This document shows, one piece after another, positions 1-8,587 of a DNA stretch of 64,000 bases. Position 1 is the first letter of the stretch, and the number at the start of each line of letters is the position of its first letter. This DNA is from a virus. Position numbers and translations under genes: made by a program. The stretch lies in IMG/VR virus record IMGVR_UViG_3300008459_000008, positions 1 to 64,000 of that record; one strand, written 5' to 3'. The notes beneath the pieces were generated by a model. The model was not told the DNA's origin. It saw nothing but the letters and a program-made list of their open reading frames with translations, and ran no database searches.

Positions 1-1641
1 AGCGAAAGTAGCTTCGGAGATAAGGCTGATAGACTGAGCCATTAAGTAAGGTACGAAGATAAGACCTGGTTGGTCAGCATTGTTCTTTCTACCAAGAACG
101 ATTCTGTTATCGTTGTACTTCATATATGGATCAACATAAATCTGAATGTCACCGATTTGACCAACTGGATAAAGCTGACCAGAACCATTGATTTTGGATT
201 TAGTTGGGTTGATAGTATAACCAGCGATATCCATAAGAGCTGCTGCAAGACCCCCGTTAGTAACAGCGTACTGTGCAGGACCCACACGACCTTCAGTTGC
301 GATGTAGTTAGAAGCGTGTACCATTTTAGTGATAAGCTTTCTTTGTACAGCGTGTGTAGTTTCACCACCTGGGAACGAAGCGTAAGCAGTATCTAAATCG
401 AAGATAGTCGTAGCAGTAAGACCAGCAGTTCCGTAAGAAGTATAACCACTCTTAAGAGGAGCAGAAGATCTGTTATTATCTCCTAAATTGAAGATATTAG
501 CAACGATTTGCTTGGAGATAGTCTGAGAAAGTTCGTTTACGAGGATTGACTCCATCTTTTGAACGATATCCATACCAGTGTTAGCTTTGATATCTTCGAT
601 TTCAGTTCTTCTAAGAGCTGAAGATACTTCAATAGTACCAACTGCGATAGACTTAGAAGAAATCTTCGGTCCGATTACACCAGAGTATGTGTTATCATCG
701 GTATCACGGGACATTGGATAGAAACCAGAAGCTGAATTTGTTGGTCCGAACCAGTTAGCAGAGAAACCAGGAAGATGATCTTCAAGTGCAGACACTAGTT
801 CAATAGTGGTATCATTTGTTGTCAATGAATAAGTTCCGAGAAGCTTTAACTGATCTTTCATAGACTGTGTAGGACTTACGAATGTATTCTGAGAAGCATC
901 GAATGTGTAAGCATAGTTACCATCAACTCTTTCAGAATTTGCTTGTCTGTACGCTCTGAAGATAGGGTTTCCATCAATACGAGAGAAACCTAAGAATTCT
1001 ACAGCACCACCATAAACAGTTGGTTCAACTTGTGCGATAGCAGTTTCACCAGCAGCACCTTTCCAATAAATACCAGCAGCACCAGTAGCTACTGTCAACC
1101 AAACTCTACCACCTCTAAGACCATCTGCGGTAGGATATACACCAGATAGAGCTAATTGAGCCGGATAGTTTGCTTTGAAAGATGCAAGAGATGTAGCAGC
1201 AGTTACTTTGAATACTTGTGGACGACCAGTCGTTCCACCATTTTTAAGATCATCATATTGGAAATCAATATAAAGGAGATCTAATTTTGGACCTGGTGAA
1301 GGCTTTACAGCAACAAGGTCAAGACCAATTGTTTGAGCTGCAATCTTCATAGCTACAGGAAGGAGGTTTTGACCAAGGTCACCAGAACCTTGTACACCAA
1401 AGTTACTGGAACCACTTGCTACAGCGTTGATTGTGCTACCAGCGTAGATAGATGGTTGAGGAGAGGTTACAGAACCCATACCTGCTAATGTTGCGTTTAC
1501 ATACGCGTTTTCGTTGATTGAGTGAAACTCGGCATACTCAGACATCCAATCAAGTCTATCTTCGCCCGCAACACCCATGTTCTCAAGAACTGGAGCCCAC
1601 TTCTTAAGAGCTTTTGATTTGTCAATTCTAATGTGTGACAT
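1..1641 (-). CDS. gp23: Major capsid protein, T4 gp23-like (3' end runs off the left edge; not in the ORF track)
   Basis: Manual translation from ATG at 1641: MSHIRIDKSKALKKWAPVLE...NLLPVAMKIAAQTIGLDLVAVKP...; at the left edge, same frame: GQIGDIQIYVDPY...GRKNNADQPGLIFVPYLMAQ...EATFA. These are gp23-type motifs. Lies directly downstream of the prohead protease. Confidence 0.93.
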   Translation of the reverse strand, partial: MSHIRIDKSKALKKWAPVLENMGVAGEDRLDWMSEYAEFHSINENAYVNATLAGMGSVTSPQPSIYAGSTINAVASGSSNFGVQGSGDLGQNLLPVAMKIAAQTIGLDLVAVKPSPGPKLDLLYIDFQYDDLKNGGTTGRPQVFKVTAATSLASFKANYPAQLALSGVYPTADGLRGGRVWLTVATGAAGIYWKGAAGETAIAQVEPTVYGGAVEFLGFSRIDGNPIFRAYRQANSERVDGNYAYTFDASQNTFVSPTQSMKDQLKLLGTYSLTTNDTTIELVSALEDHLPGFSANWFGPTNSASGFYPMSRDTDDNTYSGVIGPKISSKSIAVGTIEVSSALRRTEIEDIKANTGMDIVQKMESILVNELSQTISKQIVANIFNLGDNNRSSAPLKSGYTSYGTAGLTATTIFDLDTAYASFPGGETTHAVQRKLITKMVHASNYIATEGRVGPAQYAVTNGGLAAALMDIAGYTINPTKSKINGSGQLYPVGQIGDIQIYVDPYMKYNDNRIVLGRKNNADQPGLIFVPYLMAQSISLISEATFA

Positions 1642-1714
1642 AGTGTTTTTTTATTTTTTTTTTATTATCTATATATAAATCCCTTATTTTTACCTTTTTT
1701 TAGACGTGGATTTT

Positions 1715-3811
1715 TTATAGATTTTTGAATCTTTCTAAGATTGATTTCATTTCATTTTCTGCTAATCTATCTTCTTGGATTAATGGTTCAGATGTTAAAA
1801 GAGTTTTCGATGTTTGCTCTTTTTTCTTCATGTTCCTTGTCATCCAGAAGTGTTCGATATTAGCTTCAGTTGTCAGGTCAGGATAAAGTCTAGCCTGTGA
1901 AATTACGGATCTCTTAGTAGATTCGTTTAGTTGGGACCAGATTGGCTTAATGTTTTCGGGCATCAATCTAATCAATCTCTCTTCAAGAGATTCATTTTGA
2001 GCTGATAACGCTTCTTGAATAAGTCTTAAAACATCAGTGCCTGTAAAATAACTCTTTTCGTTTATGTAAAGTTTTACTTGCTCTTGTTCGTCTTGTGATA
2101 GATTATAGTAACTATCAACCTGACGTTTGTTCAAAAACCTCAAGAAATGTAACTCATTTGTTTCAGAAACTTTGCGTTTTGTAGCTTCTAATATAAGTTT
2201 GTCAATTTGTTTGGATAGGTCAGTATCCGAATTTTTTTCATATTTCATTTCAGAAGGTTCATCCATCATTTCTTCACCTTCTTCACCTTCTTCTTCATCA
2301 CCAGTTTCCATCATTTCCATACCCTCTTCATCAGACGACATTTCATCATCCTCCATATTCATAAGGTAAGATGTTTCTTCCTCATCATCCTCCTCGGAGT
2401 ACATATCTTCTTCTGGCATTTCATCCTCTTCTGGCATTTCTTCAAACCCGAATTCTTCTAATGTAGGTATGAATTTATTGTCCTTACTTTCATTAACTTT
2501 ATTGGAATTCAATTTTTCTGCAATCATACCAGCATAAGAAACGGTTTTGTCTAAATTCTCTGCTAAATATTCCGAATAAGAAATATTATCATCAAGATGC
2601 TCAGCGATATATTCAGAATATGCGATGTTGCCCTCAACGTGTTCAGCTAGGTATTCTGAATAAGCGATTGAATTGTCAAGGTGTTCAGCTAGGTATTCTG
2701 AATAAGAAATACCCTTATCAAGATTTTCTGCGATATACTCTGAATAAGCAATATTCTTATCGAGATTTTCTGCGATATACTCTGAATAAGCAATATTCTT
2801 ATCGAGGTTTTCTGCTAGGTACTCAGAGTAGGAAATATTCTTATCGAGGTTTTCTGCTAGGTACTCAGAGTAGGAAATATTCTTATCGAGATTTTCTGCT
2901 AGGTACTCAGAATAATTAATTGCTTTTTCTAAATTCTCAGCTAAATAATCATTATGTGAAATTAACTTCTCAGCAGTTGATTTTAGAGAAGTGTTTTCAT
3001 TTACAACAACCTGAACTCTCTCTGCTAAATAATCGAGATACTTAACAATTTGAGTATTTGTGTTATTCAACTCTTCATAATATTCTAAGAGTTGCTCTAA
3101 TTTTTTTGGTGCCATGTTACCTGTCTTCACAGCATTCTTAACTTCTTTTTTAGCAGAAGCAATCTCATTGATAAGATACTTCGAATAGTCAGTTAGTTGT
3201 TGTTTGGTAACGTATTCATTCTTGTTCATATTGAATAGATCGTTTATTTTTGACTCGTCGGACATTTCATATATCCTAAAGTTAGTTTCTTTTTTGAATC
3301 CAAGTGATTCGTTGATAGAACTCATTCTCGCAGAAGCAAATCCAGGATCAGCAACTATATCATAAGTAAAAAGTTTTTTAAGAGTGACTGTTCCGTCATT
3401 CTCAGTTACACCAGCGGCTCTTGAAGAAACAAAAACTGGACAACCATCTTCTACAAGAGATTGTGCTTCTTTTCCCCAATAGGTATTAAGTAATTTGATT
3501 TCACCCTCTACACGATTAGATTCTTTTATAAAGTTAGCTTTTCTGATAGTGTGTGAAGCTCTTGATAGAGATGTATCAAAAACATCGGGATGGTCAAATT
3601 CACCGTATACTACACCCATGGTGTTGATACGTTCATTCAGTTCTTTGAGACAAGGGATAAATTTCTCAGCCGTATAAATTCTCTCGTTACGATTTTTTAC
3701 ACCGAACTCGGTAAATATACCACCAAGGACATATTCCTTTTTGCCTCCAGAAACCTGTACATTCTCCTTCAAAGGAGTTGTATTGTTTTCAACAATTAGG
3801 ATTGGTTTCAT
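1715..3811 (-). CDS. gp21: Prohead protease (T4 gp21-like) fused to a coiled-coil/acidic scaffold-like region
   Basis: GIF..NRNERIY, YGEFDHP (His), VSSRAAG (Ser), TYDIVADPGF (Asp), then 14-aa repeats and an E/D-rich tract; located between portal and capsid genes. Confidence 0.9.
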   Translation of the reverse strand: MKPILIVENNTTPLKENVQVSGGKKEYVLGGIFTEFGVKNRNERIYTAEKFIPCLKELNERINTMGVVYGEFDHPDVFDTSLSRASHTIRKANFIKESNRVEGEIKLLNTYWGKEAQSLVEDGCPVFVSSRAAGVTENDGTVTLKKLFTYDIVADPGFASARMSSINESLGFKKETNFRIYEMSDESKINDLFNMNKNEYVTKQQLTDYSKYLINEIASAKKEVKNAVKTGNMAPKKLEQLLEYYEELNNTNTQIVKYLDYLAERVQVVVNENTSLKSTAEKLISHNDYLAENLEKAINYSEYLAENLDKNISYSEYLAENLDKNISYSEYLAENLDKNIAYSEYIAENLDKNIAYSEYIAENLDKGISYSEYLAEHLDNSIAYSEYLAEHVEGNIAYSEYIAEHLDDNISYSEYLAENLDKTVSYAGMIAEKLNSNKVNESKDNKFIPTLEEFGFEEMPEEDEMPEEDMYSEEDDEEETSYLMNMEDDEMSSDEEGMEMMETGDEEEGEEGEEMMDEPSEMKYEKNSDTDLSKQIDKLILEATKRKVSETNELHFLRFLNKRQVDSYYNLSQDEQEQVKLYINEKSYFTGTDVLRLIQEALSAQNESLEERLIRLMPENIKPIWSQLNESTKRSVISQARLYPDLTTEANIEHFWMTRNMKKKEQTSKTLLTSEPLIQEDRLAENEMKSILERFKNL
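2510..2955 (-). repeat. About 11 tandem 42-nt repeats encoding YSEY(L/I)AE(N/H)LDKNI(S/A)
   Basis: Near-identical 42-nt units visible in the DNA and in the translation. Confidence 0.95.
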
Positions 3812-3937
3812 GTATATGATTTTATTTTTATTTTTATTATATATTAGGTCTTAAAAAACCTTATTTTTTTAAGGAGGATTTTTTATGGAGGAGTATAAAA
3901 CTTAATTTAAGTTCAATATATAAGGCTTAAACACACC

Positions 3938-4369
3938 ATGTATAAAGTTGAAATATTTCCAAAAAAAGAGACCTTTTTTGATGACCTTTTAATTTTTTTA
4001 TCCGAAAAATCTTCTCAATTCAGAAGAGATTTTTCTATTCATAATATATTAAACGATAGTCTATCCCTCGATAAAAAAAGAGAATATTTCACTATTAATA
4101 ATAAAATCAAATTAGAAAAAGTTTATGGGAGCACTTTTCAATCCTATCTCAGAGGAAATGATAATATTTATGCAATATCTCACACCATAACCTTTTTAGA
4201 ATTTGATACCGACAAAATTTATGGAATTTTGGAACCTTCAGATTACGGTGATGTCATAGATTTTTCCAAAGGTATATTGCAACCTGTTTACTATAGACCC
4301 GATAAAAATTCTAATTGGAAAATTGCAACTTTTGATATAGATTTTAATATAAGTAACATCGCGGCATGA
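3938..4369 (+). CDS. Hypothetical protein; possible degenerate prohead-protease paralog
   Basis: VYG...SHTI...G...YG...KIATFDI parallels VYG...SHTI...G...WG...KLFTYDI of the neighbouring protease; preceded by AATATATA. Confidence 0.5.
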   Translation: MYKVEIFPKKETFFDDLLIFLSEKSSQFRRDFSIHNILNDSLSLDKKREYFTINNKIKLEKVYGSTFQSYLRGNDNIYAISHTITFLEFDTDKIYGILEPSDYGDVIDFSKGILQPVYYRPDKNSNWKIATFDIDFNISNIAA

Positions 4370-4770
4370 TCCTCACTAGAGAAATACTCATAAAAATAAA
4401 TGAGTCCAATTATTCCTACTATGAAGAATTGGGTTATGATGTAACGATTGGAGAAACTATAGAAATTCCTATAGAATTATTGTCTACTGGTAGTCACTAT
4501 AAAATTGAATGTAAATGTGATGGATGTGGTAAACATAAAGATGTAATTTTCAAAAATTACATAAAATATGGTAATCGTTGGGGAGAATATTATTGTCGTA
4601 AATGTTCCGAATCAAAAAGAAAAGCCACGTTAGTCCAAAATTTTGGTGTTGAGTATCCAATACAAAATAAGGATATCAGAAAAAAAATCGAAACAACTAT
4701 GATACAAAAGTTCGGAGTAGATAATCCATCAAAATCCAAAGAATTGATTAACAAAAAAATCAAATCTTAA
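4366..4770 (+). CDS. Zinc-ribbon protein with (K/N)FGV(E/D)xP repeats; homing-endonuclease-associated type but with no nuclease domain
   Basis: CKCDGC...YYCRKC plus two FGVEYP/FGVDNP repeats; ATGA overlap with the upstream gene. Confidence 0.6.
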   Translation: MILTREILIKINESNYSYYEELGYDVTIGETIEIPIELLSTGSHYKIECKCDGCGKHKDVIFKNYIKYGNRWGEYYCRKCSESKRKATLVQNFGVEYPIQNKDIRKKIETTMIQKFGVDNPSKSKELINKKIKS

Positions 4771-6506
4771 AACTCAAATTCTCCACCCCCACCAGCTTGG
4801 GCTCCTCCTTGAGCTGGAGCTGCCTGAGCCCCTCCTTGAGCTGGAGCTGCCTGAGCCCCTCCTTGAGCTGGAGCGGTTTCAGCAGAAGCTTCTGCTCCAC
4901 CACCGGCTTCAGCCCCACCTTCAGCACCAGCCCCACCTTCAGCTCCACCCCCTTCTGGAGCACTACCACCACCTTGAGCCGACTTAATCCAATAAGCCTT
5001 GTTCTCCTCTTTTTCCTCAGGTGTGAGTTTGAGTATTTTATCTACAAGGTAATCAATGTGAAAATAAGGTGTTCCATCAGCTTTGACAATTCCCAACAAA
5101 GTAGATAGGAGACCAGAACGTTTTTCCAAATTACCTAGTTTTTTCCACTCTTCGAATAGTTGATTAGAATGGAAAATTACATCAACCTGATTAAGAAAAA
5201 CCTCATCATCTTTGAGTTCTGGAAATTCAATACACATCTGTAATTTGATCGGCTTTACAATAATTTCTTTATAATTTGCTCTTATTCGACTTATGAAATT
5301 ATTGAATTTAACCTCGTCTCTTGTCATCGAGGCTGCATCATCAAATACTGTTCCTCCTCCATTTTCCTTATCAAATCTCTGGAATGGAATTTTAGAAGCT
5401 CTTTTCAACGCATTGAAAAACCAGGTCAACATATCATTCTCATTTAAATTGTGACCCTCCGGACTGACTAATTCCATAGCTGGTGTGCCAGCATCTCCCT
5501 CGGGAAACCAAATCTGTTTATTGTATGGTAAGTGTTTTTTTCCATTTATTGTAACAGTACCTAAAGTATCATCCCACTCAATCTCCTCTGAATAGTCAGC
5601 AATCAACTGACCTATTTGTTCTTCAGCACGTTGTCTTGGGAGACCCTTGATTGGTATGGTAAACTTCTGATAAATTGTAGCATTTATGATATTAAACATA
5701 ATTCTTGTTTGCTCAAGAATTTTTAGTTGATTATATGGTCTTATGAGGCCCTCTACATAAGATGTTTCTGAATAATCATTTTGAGTGGAATACGATACGA
5801 AAACAATTTGTGAATCTAAGAATATTCTCCTCAACTGAGGGTCTTCTGGAAATTGTATCCACAAATTACCTATTGCTGGCTCATAAGCAGGCACAAGTGT
5901 TTCTGGTCTCAATCTATTGAAATAGATAATATTCTTTTTTTTATCATCCCAAACAATTTCGAGTGCGACATATCCATCAATCATATAATCCCTCATCATG
6001 TTCCAAGCTGTTATACCATCTGAAAATCCGAACTTATTGTAAATCTTTTCAAAGAATTCTTGGTATTTGTCTTTTATCTCTTGAGAATAATCATTAGAGA
6101 TGGGACTTGGTGAACAGAAATCTTGCTCATCATCATAATCTATAGCTTCATCACAAACCGCTGATACAAAATCTCTGATTTCATCTTTTATAGAATATTC
6201 TCTGAGTATTCTTCTTTTGTCAGCGTATGACCTATCTAAATAAGGTATGGATTTTCTATTCAAAACGGAAGCCACAGCTTTTTGAGAAAAGAAATCATAC
6301 ATGGAGTTATTCTTCTGAGAATATGGATCCTCATTCATACCAACACCAATAGTATTTCTGATGATCATATCATCATACTTCATACCGAAATTCGATAGGC
6401 TTCTCAAAAGTCTATTAAATAAACCTTTGTTCTCAACAGAAGAGGATACTAGATTACTAGTACCTTGATTTTGTTGTTGATTTAGTGGGTTATAACTTCC
6501 AGCCAT
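4767..6506 (-). CDS. gp20: Portal protein, T4 gp20-like
   Basis: DYMIDG, LIRPYNQLKILE, GLPRQRAEEQI, LKRASKIPFQRF, RDEVKFNNFISRIR motifs; Gly/Ala/Gln-rich C-terminal tail. Confidence 0.92.
   Translation of the reverse strand: MAGSYNPLNQQQNQGTSNLVSSSVENKGLFNRLLRSLSNFGMKYDDMIIRNTIGVGMNEDPYSQKNNSMYDFFSQKAVASVLNRKSIPYLDRSYADKRRILREYSIKDEIRDFVSAVCDEAIDYDDEQDFCSPSPISNDYSQEIKDKYQEFFEKIYNKFGFSDGITAWNMMRDYMIDGYVALEIVWDDKKKNIIYFNRLRPETLVPAYEPAIGNLWIQFPEDPQLRRIFLDSQIVFVSYSTQNDYSETSYVEGLIRPYNQLKILEQTRIMFNIINATIYQKFTIPIKGLPRQRAEEQIGQLIADYSEEIEWDDTLGTVTINGKKHLPYNKQIWFPEGDAGTPAMELVSPEGHNLNENDMLTWFFNALKRASKIPFQRFDKENGGGTVFDDAASMTRDEVKFNNFISRIRANYKEIIVKPIKLQMCIEFPELKDDEVFLNQVDVIFHSNQLFEEWKKLGNLEKRSGLLSTLLGIVKADGTPYFHIDYLVDKILKLTPEEKEENKAYWIKSAQGGGSAPEGGGAEGGAGAEGGAEAGGGAEASAETAPAQGGAQAAPAQGGAQAAPAQGGAQAGGGGEFEF
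4800..4872 (-). repeat. 27-nt tandem repeat encoding AQAAPAQGG in the portal C-terminal tail
   Basis: Repeated cctccttgagctggagctgcctgagcc units. Confidence 0.85.
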
Positions 6507-6555
6507 TAAGGGTCACAAATTTGTTTTATATATTAAATTTATGAATATTCATAAT

Positions 6556-7254
6556 TTAAGTTGGCCTTCCATATTTATTAAAGCTATTCTGTAATCTTTG
6601 GATGTGATTTTTCAAAACTGTATAATTTTCATTCACATCATCTGTCATTTTGTAAAAGTCTTTTATCAAAGCTTGTGACATTTCTTGGTCCCTTTGATAT
6701 TTTGTTTTAAGTTTTACTTTCCAAATGTCATAAAGTTTTTCAGGATCATATTTATTGATTGGATGGCCAGCATAAAGGAATGTTGGGACCTTCTCCATAT
6801 TAATTCTATGAACAAATACTAATTGAGAAATATTGTACTCTACTATAGAATACTCAAAACTATATCTGAACAATTCATCATACGTTCCCTTAAATTCAAC
6901 ATTTAGTGGTCTATCAAGGTCTATGTCCTTATCAGTAAAAAATTGGTCAAAAAAACTTGCTCTTATTTGAATTGGAATAAAATTTAAATTTATTGCTAGA
7001 ATAATAGTTAAATTTTCAAACTTTTTCTGAGCTACTGTAAAAACAGGTGAATATTTCATCCAATTAGAATCATCTTTATAATGAAAAAAATAAAAACGAC
7101 CCATTTGTATATCAGTTATTCTTGTACTTTGTACATTTTCATCTGATTTTTGATATTTGTCATAATAATAAAGTGAATTATTTTTATAATTATCCGCAAT
7201 TCCATTGCCATAAACTTTCAAAGATTCATTTACTTTTTCCAAAAGAACACCCAT
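6556..7254 (-). CDS. gp2: DNA end protector protein, T4 gp2-like
   Basis: GRFYFFHY..YSPVF...AINLNFIP..IR pattern; divergent from the gp4-like gene. Confidence 0.65.
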   Translation of the reverse strand: MGVLLEKVNESLKVYGNGIADNYKNNSLYYYDKYQKSDENVQSTRITDIQMGRFYFFHYKDDSNWMKYSPVFTVAQKKFENLTIILAINLNFIPIQIRASFFDQFFTDKDIDLDRPLNVEFKGTYDELFRYSFEYSIVEYNISQLVFVHRINMEKVPTFLYAGHPINKYDPEKLYDIWKVKLKTKYQRDQEMSQALIKDFYKMTDDVNENYTVLKNHIQRLQNSFNKYGRPT

Positions 7255-7257
7255 AAC

Positions 7258-7267
7258 AATATATATT
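7258..7267. promoter_or_regulatory. Palindromic late-promoter motif AATATATATT shared by divergent gp2-like and gp4-like genes
   Basis: AATATATA on both strands in a 30-nt intergenic gap. Confidence 0.7.
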
Positions 7268-7284
7268 CAAAATCAAATAGAGTA

Positions 7285-7788
7285 GTGATCAACAGCGCAC
7301 CAAGACAACCCACCAAATATAAACAAGGGCTCTTTACTCCAAACAACAAAGATAAAGTGATAAAACTTAATTCACAAGGAGGTCTATACTATAGATCTGG
7401 ACTTGAACAAAAAATGATGATTTATTTAGATAATAATTCCAAAATAATCCATTGGGGAGCTGAACATTTGAGAATACCCTATGTAAAAACCGAATGGGTA
7501 AGTGAGACACAAGAATTCAAAACATCAGAACACAGTTACTATCCTGATTTTTATTATGAACTATTGAGAGAAGATGGTACTATTTCTAGGGTAGTAGCCG
7601 AAGTTAAACCTAATTCTGAAACAAAGGAACCTAGATTACAAGATAAACCAACTACAAAACAACTAAAAAATTTCGAATATGCTCTAAAAATGTATAATAA
7701 AAATTTGAGTAAGTGGAAATATATGATTGAATACTGTGATAGGAAAGATTTCCAATTTATAATAATAACAGAAGAACACCTTGGATAA
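7285..7788 (+). CDS. gp4: Head completion nuclease, T4 gp4-like (TnsA-type PD-(D/E)xK)
   Basis: YRSGLE, WGAE..IPY, YYPDF, EVKP, N..KW....YC....F.IITE. Confidence 0.88.
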   Translation: MINSAPRQPTKYKQGLFTPNNKDKVIKLNSQGGLYYRSGLEQKMMIYLDNNSKIIHWGAEHLRIPYVKTEWVSETQEFKTSEHSYYPDFYYELLREDGTISRVVAEVKPNSETKEPRLQDKPTTKQLKNFEYALKMYNKNLSKWKYMIEYCDRKDFQFIIITEEHLG

Positions 7789-8104
7789 AAATTGTTAAAT
7801 AAATAACAATGTTTGTAAATGTCGCAATAAGAGAATAAAAATTTATAATTTTGAAATTCTTGAGACTCAAAATGGGAAATTTTAAAAACTCGATAAAAAT
7901 TATACAAGCATAGTAAATCCAAAAAGGAGTTGATAAACCTAATAAAACACAGATAATATTCATCAATTTCGATAACGAAAAAATGAATAAATGTAAATGT
8001 TGTTTATCATCTATAATTTTTTTATAGACCACATTTTTTTTTGTTATTTGTGTCCATTCTACCCACACAAATAAAAGTGATATCGTATAGAGTATAATTT
8101 TCAT
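7757..8104 (-). CDS. Small membrane protein
   Basis: Several hydrophobic segments; the ATG at 8104, just after the gp55-like stop, is preferred to the track start at 8149. Confidence 0.6.
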   Translation of the reverse strand: MKIILYTISLLFVWVEWTQITKKNVVYKKIIDDKQHLHLFIFSLSKLMNIICVLLGLSTPFWIYYACIIFIEFLKFPILSLKNFKIINFYSLIATFTNIVIYLTIFIQGVLLLLL

Positions 8105-8108
8105 ATAA

Positions 8109-8474
8109 TCATAATGAATGTAGTCCCATACCATCATTAGATGATTCAATTGAGATTAACCTAATCTGATGGTCATTATCACCCTTTTTCTTATATAATT
8201 CGTTGAAACCCTTAGCTAGACCCCTTTTAAATATTTCGGTGAAGTATGCGAAAGCATTATCCGATTTTTCCTCGTTGAAATTATACCAATTTGAAAACAT
8301 ATCCAATAAACCAGACTGATAACAATCCATTCTATCATCATTGTTATAATAACGCATTTTTTTAATTGTTCTTTTTGCTAGGGTCTCTAACATTAATTTA
8401 GAGTTTCTTGTCAATTTTCCTTGTGCTTTTGATATAATTATTTCTACATATAGATCTTTATTCTGAAGGTACAT
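8109..8474 (-). CDS. gp55: Late-transcription sigma factor, T4 gp55-like
   Basis: YLQNKDL...DDRMDC...WYNFNEEKSDNAFAYFTEI matches the gp55 NF..KS.N.FAYFT.I signature. Confidence 0.82.
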   Translation of the reverse strand: MYLQNKDLYVEIIISKAQGKLTRNSKLMLETLAKRTIKKMRYYNNDDRMDCYQSGLLDMFSNWYNFNEEKSDNAFAYFTEIFKRGLAKGFNELYKKKGDNDHQIRLISIESSNDGMGLHSL

Positions 8475-8489
8475 AAATGAAATTATTTT

Positions 8490-8509
8490 TTAAGAATTTA
8501 AATTCTTAA
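8490..8509. promoter_or_regulatory. Perfect 20-bp palindrome TTAAGAATTTAAATTCTTAA upstream of the gp55-like gene
   Basis: Self-complementary sequence 16-35 nt before the ATG; function unknown. Confidence 0.4.
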
Positions 8510-8551
8510 TAATTTCTATAGTAAGTATACTATTGTTTTTAAATTTGTTTA

Positions 8552-8587
8552 TAATAAAAAAACCTCCAAAAGGAGGTTTTTTTATTA
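8552..8587. terminator. Intrinsic terminator hairpin
   Basis: taataaaaaaacctcc-aaaa-ggaggtttttttatta at the end of gene 8585..9877. Confidence 0.85.

Noticed and set aside
70-396. ORFs 70..396 (+) and 120..368 (-)
   Set aside because: Shadow or off-frame ORFs over the major capsid gene.
2510-2955. 42-nt tandem repeats as a CRISPR array
   Set aside because: No unique spacers; the units are in-frame coding repeats inside the protease gene; no cas genes.
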